From the NCBI GenBank assembly GCA_951406725.2, contig OX597818.1, positions 124,124,001 to 124,188,000 on the forward strand: 64,000 nt of DNA, in the 5' to 3' direction. Position 1 is the first letter of the stretch; every line of letters begins with the position of its first letter. This stretch comes from Octopus vulgaris. Lineage: Eukaryota. Of the stretch, positions 11,907 to 24,379 are shown in pieces. Position numbers and translations under genes: made by a program. The notes below the pieces were generated by a model, which was not told the origin of the DNA, made no database searches, and worked only from the letters and a program-made list of their open reading frames with translations.

Positions 11907-12458
11907 CACTGGAAGCTATGCCAACATTATGGAATAACAACAGAAAAAAGATGGTATAAGCACACACCAGAAAAGGTCACAGAAAACGAGAAAGCAACTG
12001 TACTCTGGAATATGTCAATACACACAGATAGAGAAATTAAGGCCAACAAGCCAGATATAGTTGTCAGAGATCATGAGGTAAAAAAATTGCTTTCTAATTG
12101 ATGTATCAATACCAGCAGATGACAACGTGTCTAAAAGAAATGGAGAAACTTTCAAAATACAAAGACCTGGAAATAGAGGTAACCAGAATGTGGAATCTAA
12201 AAACAGAAACAATTCCTATCATAATAGGTGCATTAGGTATGATAAAAAAATATTCAGACAAATACATAGCAAAAACACCAGGACTTACAAACACACATAA
12301 CATACAGAAAATTGCACTACTGGGCACTGCACACATCCTACGCAAAACACTTTCAATACAGTAACCATCAGAGCATCATAACAAATCACAACACATACCC
12401 AAGGCACACAGTGATGTGCTCGGTAGTGAAGTGAAAGCACACTATAAAAATAAAACTA

Positions 12459-12462
<4 letters not shown>
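11907..12462 (+). mobile_element. R4/Dong-clade retrotransposon 3' end (restriction-like endonuclease)
   Basis: WYKHTPEKVTENEKATVLWN...NKPDIVV...LIDVSIP; KLSKYKDLEIEVTRMW...IPIIIGALG...IQKIALLGTAHILRK-stop at 12364; ends in (AAT)n. Confidence 0.85.
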
Positions 12463-12490
<28 letters not shown>

Positions 12491-12492
<2 letters not shown>

Positions 12493-13046
12493 GCCCTGAT
12501 GCAGTACCAGGCAGTGGCTCTCATGGCTTCTGATCTTAACTGATTGGAAGTGTTATCTTGTACATTGTTTTGTCTTGGTATAAAAGATGGGCTATAGCAA
12601 ATATTCTGCTCAATACCACAGATTTGCTTGTCAGTTGTTTGACCATAACCAGTTGAGCATGTCCCTTAGTGGCTGACAATATGTGCATCTCTGATCACGA
12701 GCAGAAGTAGTGGGGGAGCATCATAGCCATGTGTTGAGAGGGATTCTTTGGGGTTTGAATAACTCACCTCTGGAAACATGGGTGGTTCTTTCAACATCCT
12801 TAGACAACCCTTACTCAGGGACCTTTTGAGCGTGATGGGCTACTCAACCTGAAGAAAATTCTAACTGGGCCCCACCTGCAAGGTCATGTGCTGTTTATCT
12901 TGATATGAGATCACCATGTTGCGCACATATGGTTGTGATGCATGTGCCTGGTGTACCCTTATCAGACGGGTAGTCATGATGGGTATACTGGGCTTCGTAT
13001 ATTTTACCCCAGTGTCACTTTCATAGCATGAACTGCTCTCTCACCC
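12491..13046. mobile_element. Unclassified 556-bp element inside (AAT)n, copy 2
   Basis: Same termini as 10298-10853. Confidence 0.8.
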
Positions 13047-13089
13047 AATAATAATAATAAAGGTTTCTTTTTTATTTTTCTGTTACTAG

Positions 13090-13290
13090 ATATCTGAATC
13101 CAATGTCTCTGATGTCCTCTACACTGCTGATATCTATCTACTTCCTGGTTTAAAAAGACAGTGTGCAAATTTCATGTCCAAGAACTTAGAAGTTCAGCAG
13201 GTTGTATCAGTCTTAAGAATAGCACGACTATTTAATCTGTATCGTTTACAAAATCAGTGTGCTGAATATATGGCTACCAACCTTCTGAAG
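13090..13290 (+). CDS. ABTB1: ABTB1 coding exon
   Basis: Acceptor tttttctgttactag, donor gtaggt; 201 nt; ISESNVSDVLYTADIYLLPGLKRQCANFMSKNLEVQQVVSVLRIARLFNLYRLQNQCAEYMATNLLK (recalled human ADMYLLPGLKRLC...AKLFRLARLEDQCTEYMA). Confidence 0.95.
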
Positions 13291-13585
13291 GTAGGTCACA
13301 AAACATTCATGTGTGTGCATGCGTTCATGTTTGCATTGAAAACATAGCTGTTCATATATATTGTTGTCCTTCGTCATCATCATCATACAATATCTGTATT
13401 CCATGCTGGCAAAGGTTCAACACTTTGGCCAGATTCAGCTAGCTTAAGAGCTGCATTGGTTACCAGTGATGCTTTGACATGGTTTTGACAGCTGTATGCC
13501 CTTCTTTGGGTGAGTATTTCCTAATATAGCTCCCACCGGTGCCTTGTGAGTAAATTTGGTAAACAGAAACTGTATTAACACTTAT

Positions 13586-13643
<58 letters not shown>

Positions 13644-13694
13644 ATGTGTGTGTGTGTGTTTGTGTGTGTGTAAGAATAATTTCTTATTGGTATT

Positions 13695-13731
<37 letters not shown>

Positions 13732-14232
13732 TATAAATCCGTTCTGTCTGTCTGTGTGTGTGTCTTCTAGGATCTCAGGCATCATCCATCCGATTGCGCT
13801 CAAATTTGATATGTAGATACCGATAGTATCAGGGCATGTATAAGTCTTGAAAAAATTACAAAAATCGATTCCAGGTGAGAATGCGATTGATAAAGCTGTG
13901 GGAACGTGCATTTGTACGTGCAAGTACATCAGCTATTGCGATCGATACTATGCATACGCGAGAAAAATGCATGTGCAGTTTGCGCAAAAAAATGCAGTAT
14001 ATTTATGAGACCAAAAAAGTTAGATGCAAAAGAGATATTTTCTTTAAACTTGGCATGAAGGAAGGAAGTCTATCTTCATTTCTTTTTTTGCTGGTGTCTC
14101 AAATTTAGGTTAAATCAGTGTTTCTCAAAGGGGAGGCCTATGGGATGGTCGGACAAGTTGTTTTTAGAAAATTTGGTTTAAATGTTTGACAACTCAGCAC
14201 CGTCCATTGGACGGGGGTGCGTTTTGCTCGTA
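13732..14232 (+). mobile_element. Helentron/DINE-like non-autonomous element in (TA)n
   Basis: (GTCT)n near the 5' end, ccgatt...aaattt core, 3' hairpin gcaccgtccattggacgggggtgc then ctcgt; TA-flanked. Confidence 0.55.
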
Positions 14233-15012
14233 TATATATATGTATGTATGTATGTATATACATCCAACCCATGCTAGCATGGAGAACGGACGTTAAATGA
14301 TGATGATGATGTATGTGTGTGTGTGTGTGTGTGATGTATTTGTTTTTGTACCCATACTGCTTGGCAACTAGTATTGGTTTATTTATGTCTCTGTAATTTG
14401 GCTGTTAGGCAGAGTGCCATGTCACAGGGGTAACCTTGAACAGCCACTGGCAGTTAATTTCAGCTAAATTGATGGAAGCAATGTGAAAGGAAATGCCTTG
14501 CTCTTGAACACAATGCATCACTTGTTCCAGGGATTCAACTAACGACCTAATGATTGTAAGCCTGGCATCTTAACCACTCGGCCACATCTGCAAATTTTTG
14601 TTTGTGTGTAGGAGAGAGAGAGAGAGAGAGAGAGAGGGAATGGATGATGTAAATATCAATGTAAAGACCGAAAAATCTGTGCCTTTGAATGAAGTCCCTT
14701 GCAATATTTGTTCTGCTCAAGTTCAATAGACAGTTCCTTATTAATGATATTGTAAATGAAGTGAACCAGTCACTGGTCCATTAGAAACCTGTAACCTAAG
14801 TCACAACTGCAATAATACATATAGCAAAAAAGTAGAAAGCTGTGTTACAGAAGGCTGTGGCAATATAATTCAAACATTAATCATCAGTAATAACAAAGAT
14901 GTTGAAATATTACCTTAGAAAAAAGTGCTCCTTTTCAAACATGCTTAGAGAATAAGATTGGCATAACAGTTATAATTGAAAAATAAATAAATCCATGTTA
15001 TATACTACTACA

Positions 15013-15052
<40 letters not shown>

Positions 15053-15073
15053 TATCTCTCTATCAACTCTCAG

Positions 15074-15280
15074 GTCATACAACTGCCAGACTTTGCTGAA
15101 TTGGTCCAGGAAGATGCACATAGTGTTAAGGAACGGCAAGAGACTGACAGTATTGAGATAATCGACAATGTTCGATACTACTTGACCAACTTCGTCCAAA
15201 CTTTCAGTGACCTTCAGGAGACCAAGGAGAAGTTGGTGCTTATTGACCAACTTCTCGAGGAACTGGACCTCAATGGATGA
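15074..15280 (+). CDS. ABTB1: ABTB1 terminal coding exon
   Basis: Acceptor caactctcag; VIQLPDFAELVQEDAHSVKERQETDSIEIIDNVRYYLTNFVQTFSDLQETKEKLVLIDQLLEELDLNG-TGA; RQETDSI is the ABTB1 C-terminal signature. Confidence 0.95.
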   Translation, partial: VIQLPDFAELVQEDAHSVKERQETDSIEIIDNVRYYLTNFVQTFSDLQETKEKLVLIDQLLEELDLNG

Positions 15281-15399
15281 AGATTTCTCTCCAAGGAACA
15301 GTATTCTGCATACCTACATGTGCACAGACATTCATAAATGTACACGTCCATACAAATACACACCTATATACTTACACATAGGTACATATGCATATGCAA

Positions 15400-15412
15400 T
15401 TATATACATATA

Positions 15413-15458
<46 letters not shown>

Positions 15459-15531
15459 TGTATGTTTATATACATATATATATGTATGTATATATACATA
15501 CATACATATATATGTATATATATACACACAC

Positions 15532-15576
<45 letters not shown>

Positions 15577-15586
15577 TATATTTATA

Positions 15587-15631
<45 letters not shown>

Positions 15632-15961
15632 ATAATATATACATGCATAGGAGTGGCTGTGTGGTAAGAAGCTTGCTTCCCAATCACATGGTTCTGGGTT
15701 CAGTCCCACTGTGTGGCACTTTAGGCAAGTGTCTTCTACTCAATCTTTGTGCATCAGTTTGGAAGATGAAAACTGAAATTAACCCATCATATCTATATAT
15801 GTGTGTGTGTGTGTGTGTGTGTATATGTTTGTATGTCTGTGTTTGTCCCCCTACCATTGCTTCACAACCGATGTTACATCCCCGTAACTAAGTGGCTTAG
15901 CAGGCATTGCTCCAGCATGAGCACAGTGAAATGACTGAAACCGATAAATAGAAAAGACAGA

Positions 15962-16002
<41 letters not shown>

Positions 16003-16135
16003 TGTATATATATATACACACACATATATATACATATATATTTGTATATATATATGTATATATATATACACACTCACACATATATATATGCACACATATA
16101 TATTTCTATACACACATATATATATATATACACAT
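15400..16135. repeat. Compound TA/CA microsatellite field with an embedded decayed SINE A (about 15648-15960), downstream of the ABTB1 stop
   Basis: Direct reading of the sequence. Confidence 0.8.
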
Positions 16136-16149
16136 CATCATCATCATCG

Positions 16150-16478
16150 TGGCACTCTGTCGGTTGCAACGACGAGGTTTCGAGGTTATCTGATCAACGG
16201 AATATCCTACTCGTGAGATTAACCTGCAAGTAGCTGAGCCCTCGCCGTACACGTGTACCCTTAATGTAGTTCTTGGGGAGATTCAGCATGACACAGTGTG
16301 ACAAGGCTGGCCCGTTGAAATACAAGTACAAAGAAACAGGAAGAAAGAGTGAGAGAAAGAGTATAGCAGTGTTTGCCACCACCCCCTGCCAGATTTTCGT
16401 AGAGCTTTAGGTGTTTTCGCTCAATAAACACTCACAACGCCCGGCCTGGGAATCGAAACCATGATCCTATGACCACGA

Positions 16479-16480
<2 letters not shown>
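16150..16480 (-). mobile_element. SINE family C, partial
   Basis: Matches the body of 29170-29550. Confidence 0.75.
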
Positions 16481-16513
<33 letters not shown>

Positions 16514-16526
16514 TATATATATATAT

Positions 16527-16716
16527 AACGGGACGGTTTACGAAAATAAACAAAAGACGAAGGCAGGTGGAGTACAAACAAACAAATGTATTAGTATAGC
16601 ACTCAGGAATAGAAATAGAAAAAGTATTTTACGTTTCAAGCCTACGCTCTTCGACAGAAAGATACACAGAAAAAAACAAGGAGAGAAAAAAAAGTGTGTA
16701 GGAGCTAACGATCTAT

Positions 16717-16719
<3 letters not shown>
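16527..16719 (-). mobile_element. TA-flanked short element with a hammerhead-like motif (Penelope pLTR-like); second copy at 63733-63935
   Basis: Two similar copies; minus-strand motif tcttt-CTGTCGA-A-gagc-gtag-gct(c/t)-GAAA-cg-TA-aaa. Confidence 0.6.
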
Positions 16720-16769
<50 letters not shown>

Positions 16770-17020
16770 CAGTTAAGGGTTAAAAACTCATTAAGGATAA
16801 TAAAATCCAATGAATATACTGGTTTATTACATATTACAAAATGTATTGTATATTACATTTAATATTCAACTGTAAGGTAATTGGATAAACCGGGCTTTAT
16901 ATATTTTTTGAAGAAACTAAGAAAATAGAGACAATTAAATTAATATTTATTAATTATGAAAATTTGATGTCCAATTTTATAATTAACGAATAATTATCAA
17001 ATTGATTATCTCTAATTTCT

Positions 17021-17057
<37 letters not shown>

Positions 17058-17089
17058 AACACATATATATACACACACACACATACACC

Positions 17090-17272
17090 CTCATATGTAC
17101 CAAGATCAGAACTTATCTGCAGCTCTTGGTGGTCCAAATCAGAGTTGCAATCTATGTGGGTGTCTTTTTAGAACATTGTCTGGTTTAAAAAGCCACATCA
17201 GATGCCATGATGGTTCTAAGGTATATGTACAGCAGGTGGTCAAACTCTGCATAAGGAGTAGACAACCACCAT
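17090..17272 (+). mobile_element. RTE (BovB-like) 3' end with C-terminal C2H2 finger
   Basis: CNLCGCLFRTLSGLKSHIRCH, then a short UTR and TA tail. Confidence 0.55.
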
Positions 17273-17585
17273 ATATATATATATACACACATATACATAA
17301 TGTGTATATATAACAAAGTGGAGTTGTAAGGTACCGCACGAGTGGAATTATATATGAAAGAAGGTTTGAAAATGCAGTTTTAAAAGATGTTTATTTACTT
17401 TACCGATTTCACTTTTCAGGAAAAGATTGTCAAAAGTAACATGTAAAAGCTTGGTTGTGTTAGTTGCTGGTTGTCACAAAATACTACAATACATATATAC
17501 ATTATTTGATAACAAGACGTGAAACCGGTAAAGTAAATAAACATCTTTTAAAATTGCATTTTCAAACCTTTTTTCATATATATAC

Positions 17586-17651
<66 letters not shown>

Positions 17652-17661
17652 CTACGCCGTA

Positions 17662-18692
17662 TGCAAGCCCAAGGCCTTTCGATGCCACCACAGAGGCCCT
17701 AACGCCGGGAACAGCCTACTTGCGACGGCACTTTGTAAACCGGAAAATCCACTATGGGAAGTGGGGGAAGGCAGCGAATGCAGCCAGGAACCAAGAACAA
17801 CAAAAGAAAGAAAGACACACACAGGGTTGCCTAAATCAAGCAATTTTTTTTTTTTAACAAAAGCATTCAACAACAAAGGTTAACAAACATAATACAGAGT
17901 TCAAAAAACAAATCATTTACATTTAACACAATACAGAATTCGATTCCTCCAAAACAAATCATTTAACATTTGACACATTACAGAGTTGGTTTTCTTTTTT
18001 TTCTTCTTTTAACACAATTAACAGTCTCTTAAAGTTCCACTTTTCTTCTTTCTTTTCTTTTCCTTCTCTTCTTCTAACACAGAGAGTTCCTTCTCAAAGA
18101 TTCCTTTTCTTTTCTTTTCAACAGTCTTTTTCTCTCTTTTTTTTTTTTTTTGACATTTGACAACACAACATTTCTCTTTTTTTTTACATTTAAACATCAG
18201 AGTTCAAAACATACAGAAAAACAACATTTACCAGAACATTTTTTTTTCTTAAATTTGCATCTGCAACATCCTCTTAAGTTCCACGCCTCGCACTACACAT
18301 CTTGCTTGGTTGCTCTCACTGACTGTCTCTCATCCCCGTCATCTCCAACTACACCTGTCTGTCTCTGGCCATCATCTCTCGAATTGAACGCCTTGTCCGG
18401 TCCTTGGCTGACTGACTTGGCAACTTAACGCTACCCGTATATATAACGTCGTCCCGCTAGAAAGAGAGACATATTGTACGACAACAGTGTGTATTTCACT
18501 TGTCTTCTTTAAACTTTCTGTGACTGTATGGGCCAGAGATCAAGTGCCTATGGTCATTAATAACCGTGCTCCTTGACAGGACAAAGGAAATACCACTGTC
18601 CTGTACAACTGGAGCGCCGGTTCGATTCCAACTAATGGAACAAGGGGCATAATGTTTTTTTTGTTCGTCTACATTTTCCTGCGCCCGTAACA
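17662..18692 (-). mobile_element. Putative LTR of about 1 kb
   Basis: Minus strand starts TGTTACG and ends ..TTGCA, followed by PBS-like (t)acggcgtag; internal TATA-like ttatatat at about 18440. No partner LTR or TSD seen. Confidence 0.4.
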
Positions 18693-18721
18693 ATATATAT
18701 ATATATATATATATACATATA

Positions 18722-21165
18722 ATTGGCCCTTTTCGTCTATGCAGACGGTCAATTTAACTTAGAGGTCACTTAATCTAACATATCAGAGGCTCCTTTTCTT
18801 GCAGCTTCTTTCATGGCTCTCTAGCGAAGCAGTTCCTTTCTTCACCACAGTCCTCCTTGTTGTTCTGTCCTCAACCCTCTCTTCCCAGGTGCTGGCATCC
18901 ACCACACACTTGGACAAACTAGTTTTGCAAGTGTCCTTATACCTCAGATTTGGTCTTCCTCTTGGTCTCTTGCCCTGGGCCAGTTCTTCATAGAGCATTT
19001 GCTTCGGGATTCGATGGTCATCCATTCTCTTGACATGCCCCAGCCACCTCAGTCTTCTCATACACAAGATAGCTGTCATGCTTTGAAGATTTGCTTGCGC
19101 CAGCACTTCAATATTGGTGACCTTGTCGCGCCATGTTAGGCCTAAGATTTTGCGGAGGCATCGGCGATGGAAAATGCCAAGGCACCTTTCCTATCTGCTG
19201 TACAAGGTCCGTGTTTCAGATCCATAGAGGAGTGTGCTGAGGACACATGCTTCATAAATCCTGATCTTTGTCTTGATGTCTAATCTCTTGTTCTTCCATA
19301 CTCATTTTGTCAGCCTTCCAAAAGTTGCTGCTGCCTTCCCTATCCTGACATTAATCTCATCATCAAGTGAAGTAGTAGAGGAAATGGTAGACCCTAGATC
19401 GCAGAACCTGTCCACTGTCTCAAGCTCTTTGTCATCAAGCTTTATGTGGCCTTTCGCTGTGCCCTCCTGAGTGAGGATGACTGTCTTCTTTACACCGATG
19501 ACCAAACTGGAGGCCTTGCATGCTGATGGTAGGTGGTCCATCATTATTTGTAGAGTTAATTCATTGTAAGCAACAAGTGCTGCATCACCGGAAAAGAGAA
19601 AGTCTCTTATTGTTGCTCTATTGATCATAGTCTTGGCCTGAAGTCTAGAAAGATCAAAGAGTGATCCATCAGTTCTCCAACAAAGGTAGACATCTCACAG
19701 TAACTCTTGAAATGCATACTACAGCAGTACAGCGAAAAGGATTGGTGCTAAGACATAACCTTGTTTTACTCTGCTGTTGATGTTGAAGCTATCTGATATT
19801 AAACTGTCAAACTTAATGGTGGCCTTCATGTCATTATGGAACGAAACAATGAGCTGCAATAGTATTGGGGGACAACCACATTTTCCAAGCACCATGTACA
19901 GTCCTGATTTGCTGACTGTATCGAATGCCTTTGTCAGATCGACAAATGCTATATATAGTGGTAATTGCTGTTCCCAGCATTTTTCTTGTAGTTGACGAAT
20001 GGAGAAGATCATATCCATTGTTGAGCGGTTTGATCTAAAACTGCACTGGCTCTCTGGTAGTACTCTTTCTCCTAGCTTCTGAAGCCGTTTCAGAATGATC
20101 CTCGTGAAAGCTTTTCCAATGATGCTCAGAAGTGAGATGCCTCTGTAGTTATTTCAATCTTCCTTGTCCCCTTTATTTTTGTAGAGAGTGATGATCTTGG
20201 GACTTCTCATATCCTGTGGAATTTTTACTTCCAACCAACACGTCTTTAGTAGCTTGTATAAATGTGGAAAGAGGGCATCTTTGTTCTCTTTCAACACTTC
20301 AGCGGGTATATTGTCATTTCCGGGTGCTTTTCCGCTTGCAAGTTCATCGATTGCAGTGGAGAGTTCTTCCGTTGGTGGTATATCAAGTTCTGTCATTTCG
20401 GGAAGCCAAGGAATGGCTTCATCAAGCTGTCTATCAACATCTCTCTCCTTTGTGTACAATTGAGAGTAATGTTCCATCTTTCTGTTTGTTTCTTCTTGTT
20501 CGTCAGCTGGTCACCTATTACAGACTTGAGAGGTGCCACTTTACTCACTGTTGGTCCGATAGCAACTCTAATCTTCTCATACATTTTCCTGATGTTACCC
20601 ATGTCACTCACCTTTTGAATTTCTAAGCATAATTTATCCCAGTACTGGTTGGTACATTTTCTAGTTTCTTTTTGAAGGTTGGATTTTGCAGCATGTAGCT
20701 GTTGCTTTGTACTTTCTGTTGGTTTTCTATTGTGCGTTATGAAGATCTTGCACTTTTTCTCAAGTAATGGCATTAGTATTGCTGCATTAGCTTCGATCCA
20801 ATCCTCCTTGGAAAGTCGATCCGTCCCAAAGGCCCTCAACGAAGAATCATATATTGCTGATTTCATGTTGTTCCACATGTCGTCAGAGGCTGAGCTATCT
20901 AAGTTCTGGAGCTGTTCTTCAACATATTCTTGAAATTTGGCTCTTATCGCTGGGTCTTGGGTGTTCTTTGTGTTGCTCTTAGGTTTCTTTGGTTTTTCGG
21001 CTCTTGGTGTTTTCTTTGTGAAGAAATCCTGCACTGTGGAAGGATTTTGTTTACTTTACAGTGTTGACATCATTCTTTCTGATGATGACGAAGTCTATCT
21101 GGTGCCAATGACCTGATCTTGGATGACACCAAGAAACTTTATGCCAGTATTTACCATTGTAGGTG
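18722..21165 (-). mobile_element. RTE/BovB-like LINE (endonuclease remnant plus RT), many frameshifts
   Basis: HPRSGHWHQIDF; GKAPGNDNIPAEVLK; DMIFSIRQLQEKC...AFVDLTKAFDTV; KQGYVLAPILF; RRLRWLGHVKRMDDHRIPKQMLY. Confidence 0.92.
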
Positions 21166-21349
21166 TTTGCAATGCACAGGTTGTTATTTGTGCAGAATTC
21201 TATGAGTTGTTTATTATCTATTTTTTATGGGGTCTTTTCTTTATTTTTTTATTCATTTTAAAAAATAATTTAATTTATTTTATTTCTGTTACTGTTGTAC
21301 TTGTTTATTTTGATCCTTTTATTTTATCTATTTATTATTTTCTATTTTG

Positions 21350-23783
21350 TACCTGGAAAGAGTACCACAGATACCATCTTCCTAGTGAGACAGCTGCAGG
21401 AAAAGTACTTGGCCAAAAGTAAGCCAGTGTACTTAGCCTTCATCGGCCTAGAGAAAGCTTTCAACAGGGTTGCTCGCTTTGTTATATGGTGGTCTCTAAG
21501 GAAGTTAGTAGAGGAGTAACTTTTTAGAGCTGTTCAAGCCATGTACAGTGTTGCAGTCAGTAAGGTAACAGTTGGCCATGAATATTGATGAATTTAGCGT
21601 TCAGGTAGGGGTTCACCAGGGCTCAGTTCTCAGCCCACTCCTATTCATTATAGTCCTCCAGACCATAACAGAGGAATTCAAAACTGGGTGCCCATGGGAA
21701 CTACTGTATGATGATGACCTTGCTCTTACTGCAGAATCTTTAGAAGATTTGAAGAAGAAATTCCAGGTATGGAAACAAAACTTGGAACCAAATGGCCTTA
21801 AAGTTAACCTAGCTAAGACAAAAGTGGTTGTTAGTAAGAAAGAAGATAAAACTTTCTTTCCATCAGGTAAATGGTCCTGCTACATATGTAGGAAAAGAGT
21901 TGAAAGAAATTTCATTCGCTGTACCCAGTGTAAACTATGGACATATGAGAGATGCAGTGGAATCACAGGTAGATTAACACATAGAGTAGTCTTTATATGT
22001 AGCAGACATGAAGAAACAATAAGCACTAAGAGCACACAGGAATTAGATTCTCTCAAATGCCCAGGAGGCTCTCTTGAGGTTGTAGATAGTTTCTGTTACC
22101 TAGGTGACCAAATTAGCAATGGTGGAGGATGCTCTGAAAGTATTGTTTCTAGAATAAGAATTAGGTGGAGGAAGTTCAGAGAGCTGTTACGTCTGTTGGC
22201 AACAAAAGGCCTCTCTCTCAGAATGAAAGGTAGACTATATGATGCTTGTGTATGAATGGCTATACTCCATGGCACTGAGATATGGGTTCTGAATGCTGAA
22301 GACATGCGTAGACTGGAGAGAAACAAAGGGAGTATGCTCCATTGGATGTGCAACATCAGTGCACATGTACAACAAAGAGCAAATTGTATTGAGAGAAAAG
22401 TTGGGCATAAGAGGAATCAAATGTAGCATGCAAGAGAGAAGACTAGGTTGGTTTGGACATGTGATGCGTATGAATGAGGACAGCTGCATAAAGAAGTGCT
22501 GATCACTGAAAGTGGATGGCACCCGTGGAAGAGGGAGACCCAGGAAGACATGGGATGAAGTGGTAAGGACTGATCTAAGGAAGTTGGACCACAGAGGAAG
22601 TGACCATGGACCGAGATGTCTGGAGGTATGAAGTTCTTGAGAAGACCTGCCCACATCAGCAAAACTGAGTTCTAGAAGTGCTGTGTAGAAAACCTCTCAC
22701 ACACTCTACCACAATGAACCAAACTACGTCTCTACATCCCTTCTCTTCCTCACATTTCTGCTCCATGTACTATGATTACCCCCCATACCCTTGTGCTCTT
22801 GGCCCAGGGCCACTGTGTCATAGCTCTCTGCTTGCCCGCAACCTGTACATTCTACCCACCTGTTTTGTCTCGCTCTATTATTGCCATCTGCTAGTCTCCA
22901 ATCTGGGTGTTCCACCCACATGTAACAAGAAAACATTTCCCTCACCCTACTCCAACAAACCAATTTACATCTCTTTCTCGCACTTCCCCCTTTATTCCCT
23001 ATGCCTAGCTCTCACTCCCCAATCCTGTCCTCACACCCCTGTTCCTCTGTATCATTGCTATCCAGTAGCCTATCCAACTCTATATATACCCAGGTCTTTT
23101 GCCACTTACTCACACTCCCTTTGCAATATCCTGTCACTTATATTATGGCACTTGCCACTATCTATATCTCTCTCTTCCATTACTCAACCATCTCATCCCC
23201 GTTACTTGTGGGCATGCCTGGCATTTTGTCACCCTCTCTATCCTGCAGTCTCCCACTATCTCTCTCTCTCCTTCTCCTGCACTTCCTTCGGGTTGGGCAA
23301 TCGTGTATTTTCTTTGTGGTAGCACACCTGTTTCTGTCTTCATTCCTGATCTTTCTGTCTCCAGCCAGGTAACTTTGTACTTCCTCTTCAGCAAGACACC
23401 TGTACCTGTCTCACTGTAACCTTTCATCATCACCTCCTCCCCTCTTAAAAGTTTTTGTCTTGCATCTACTTGCTGACCCTGTCAGTTCAAGTGCCACTTA
23501 AAAGCATCCAGTCCACACTGTAAAGTGATTGGTGTTCGGAAGGGCATCCAGCTGTAAAAACCTTGCCTAAACTGACCTTGCCTGTGCTTGTGCCACATAA
23601 CAGACACTACTCCGCCTGTGCTTGTACCACATAAAAAGCACTAAGTCCACTCTGCTGAGTGGTTGGCATTAGGAAGGACATCCAGCTGTAAAAATCCTGC
23701 CATAACAGTCACAAGAGCCTGGTGCAGGCCGGTTCTTTTGGTGCCATCCCACCCATGGGCGGGATGTTAAATGATGATGATGA
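21350..23783 (+). mobile_element. RTE LINE: RT with in-frame PHD finger, then a long 3' region ending in D-type terminus and (GAT)n
   Basis: VPGKSTTDTIFLVRQLQEKY; GVHQGSVLSPLLF; YDDD; PHD; LEVVDSFCYLG; RRLGWFGHVMRM; RGRPRKTW. D motifs at 23480-23783. Continuity of the 3' region is inferred. Confidence 0.85.
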
Positions 23784-23986
23784 ATAAATAAATAAATATA
23801 TATATATATATTATTCCTTGTAAGCCTAGTACTTATTTTATCGGTCTCTTGATGAACCACTATGTTACGGGTATGTAAAAACACCAGCATCGGTTGTCAA
23901 GCAATATTGGGGGGGACAAACACAGCCACACAAATACACACACATACAATGGACTTCTTTTAGTTTCTGTCTACCAAATCCACAAT

Positions 23987-24041
<55 letters not shown>

Positions 24042-24379
24042 TAATGTGGTGTTAAACTGGAGGGTGTTATGTGTTTAAGTGTACAAACCAGACAGAAAGA
24101 GTTGTCGATATATTTGTGATACTGAAAGGTAGTGAGCTGGTAGAACTGTTAACACACCTGGCAGAATGCTTAGCAGCATTTTGTCCACCATTACATTCTG
24201 AGTTCAAATTCTGCTGAGGTTCATTTTTGCCTTTTGTCTTTTCAGGGTCGATAAAGTTAGTGCCAGTTGAGCACTGAGGTCGATGTAATCAACTTGCACC
24301 CTTTCCCTAAATTTCTGGTCTTGTGCCAAAATTTGTAACCAATATATTTGTGGCGCTGTGAAGTAATGTTGCATTTCAT

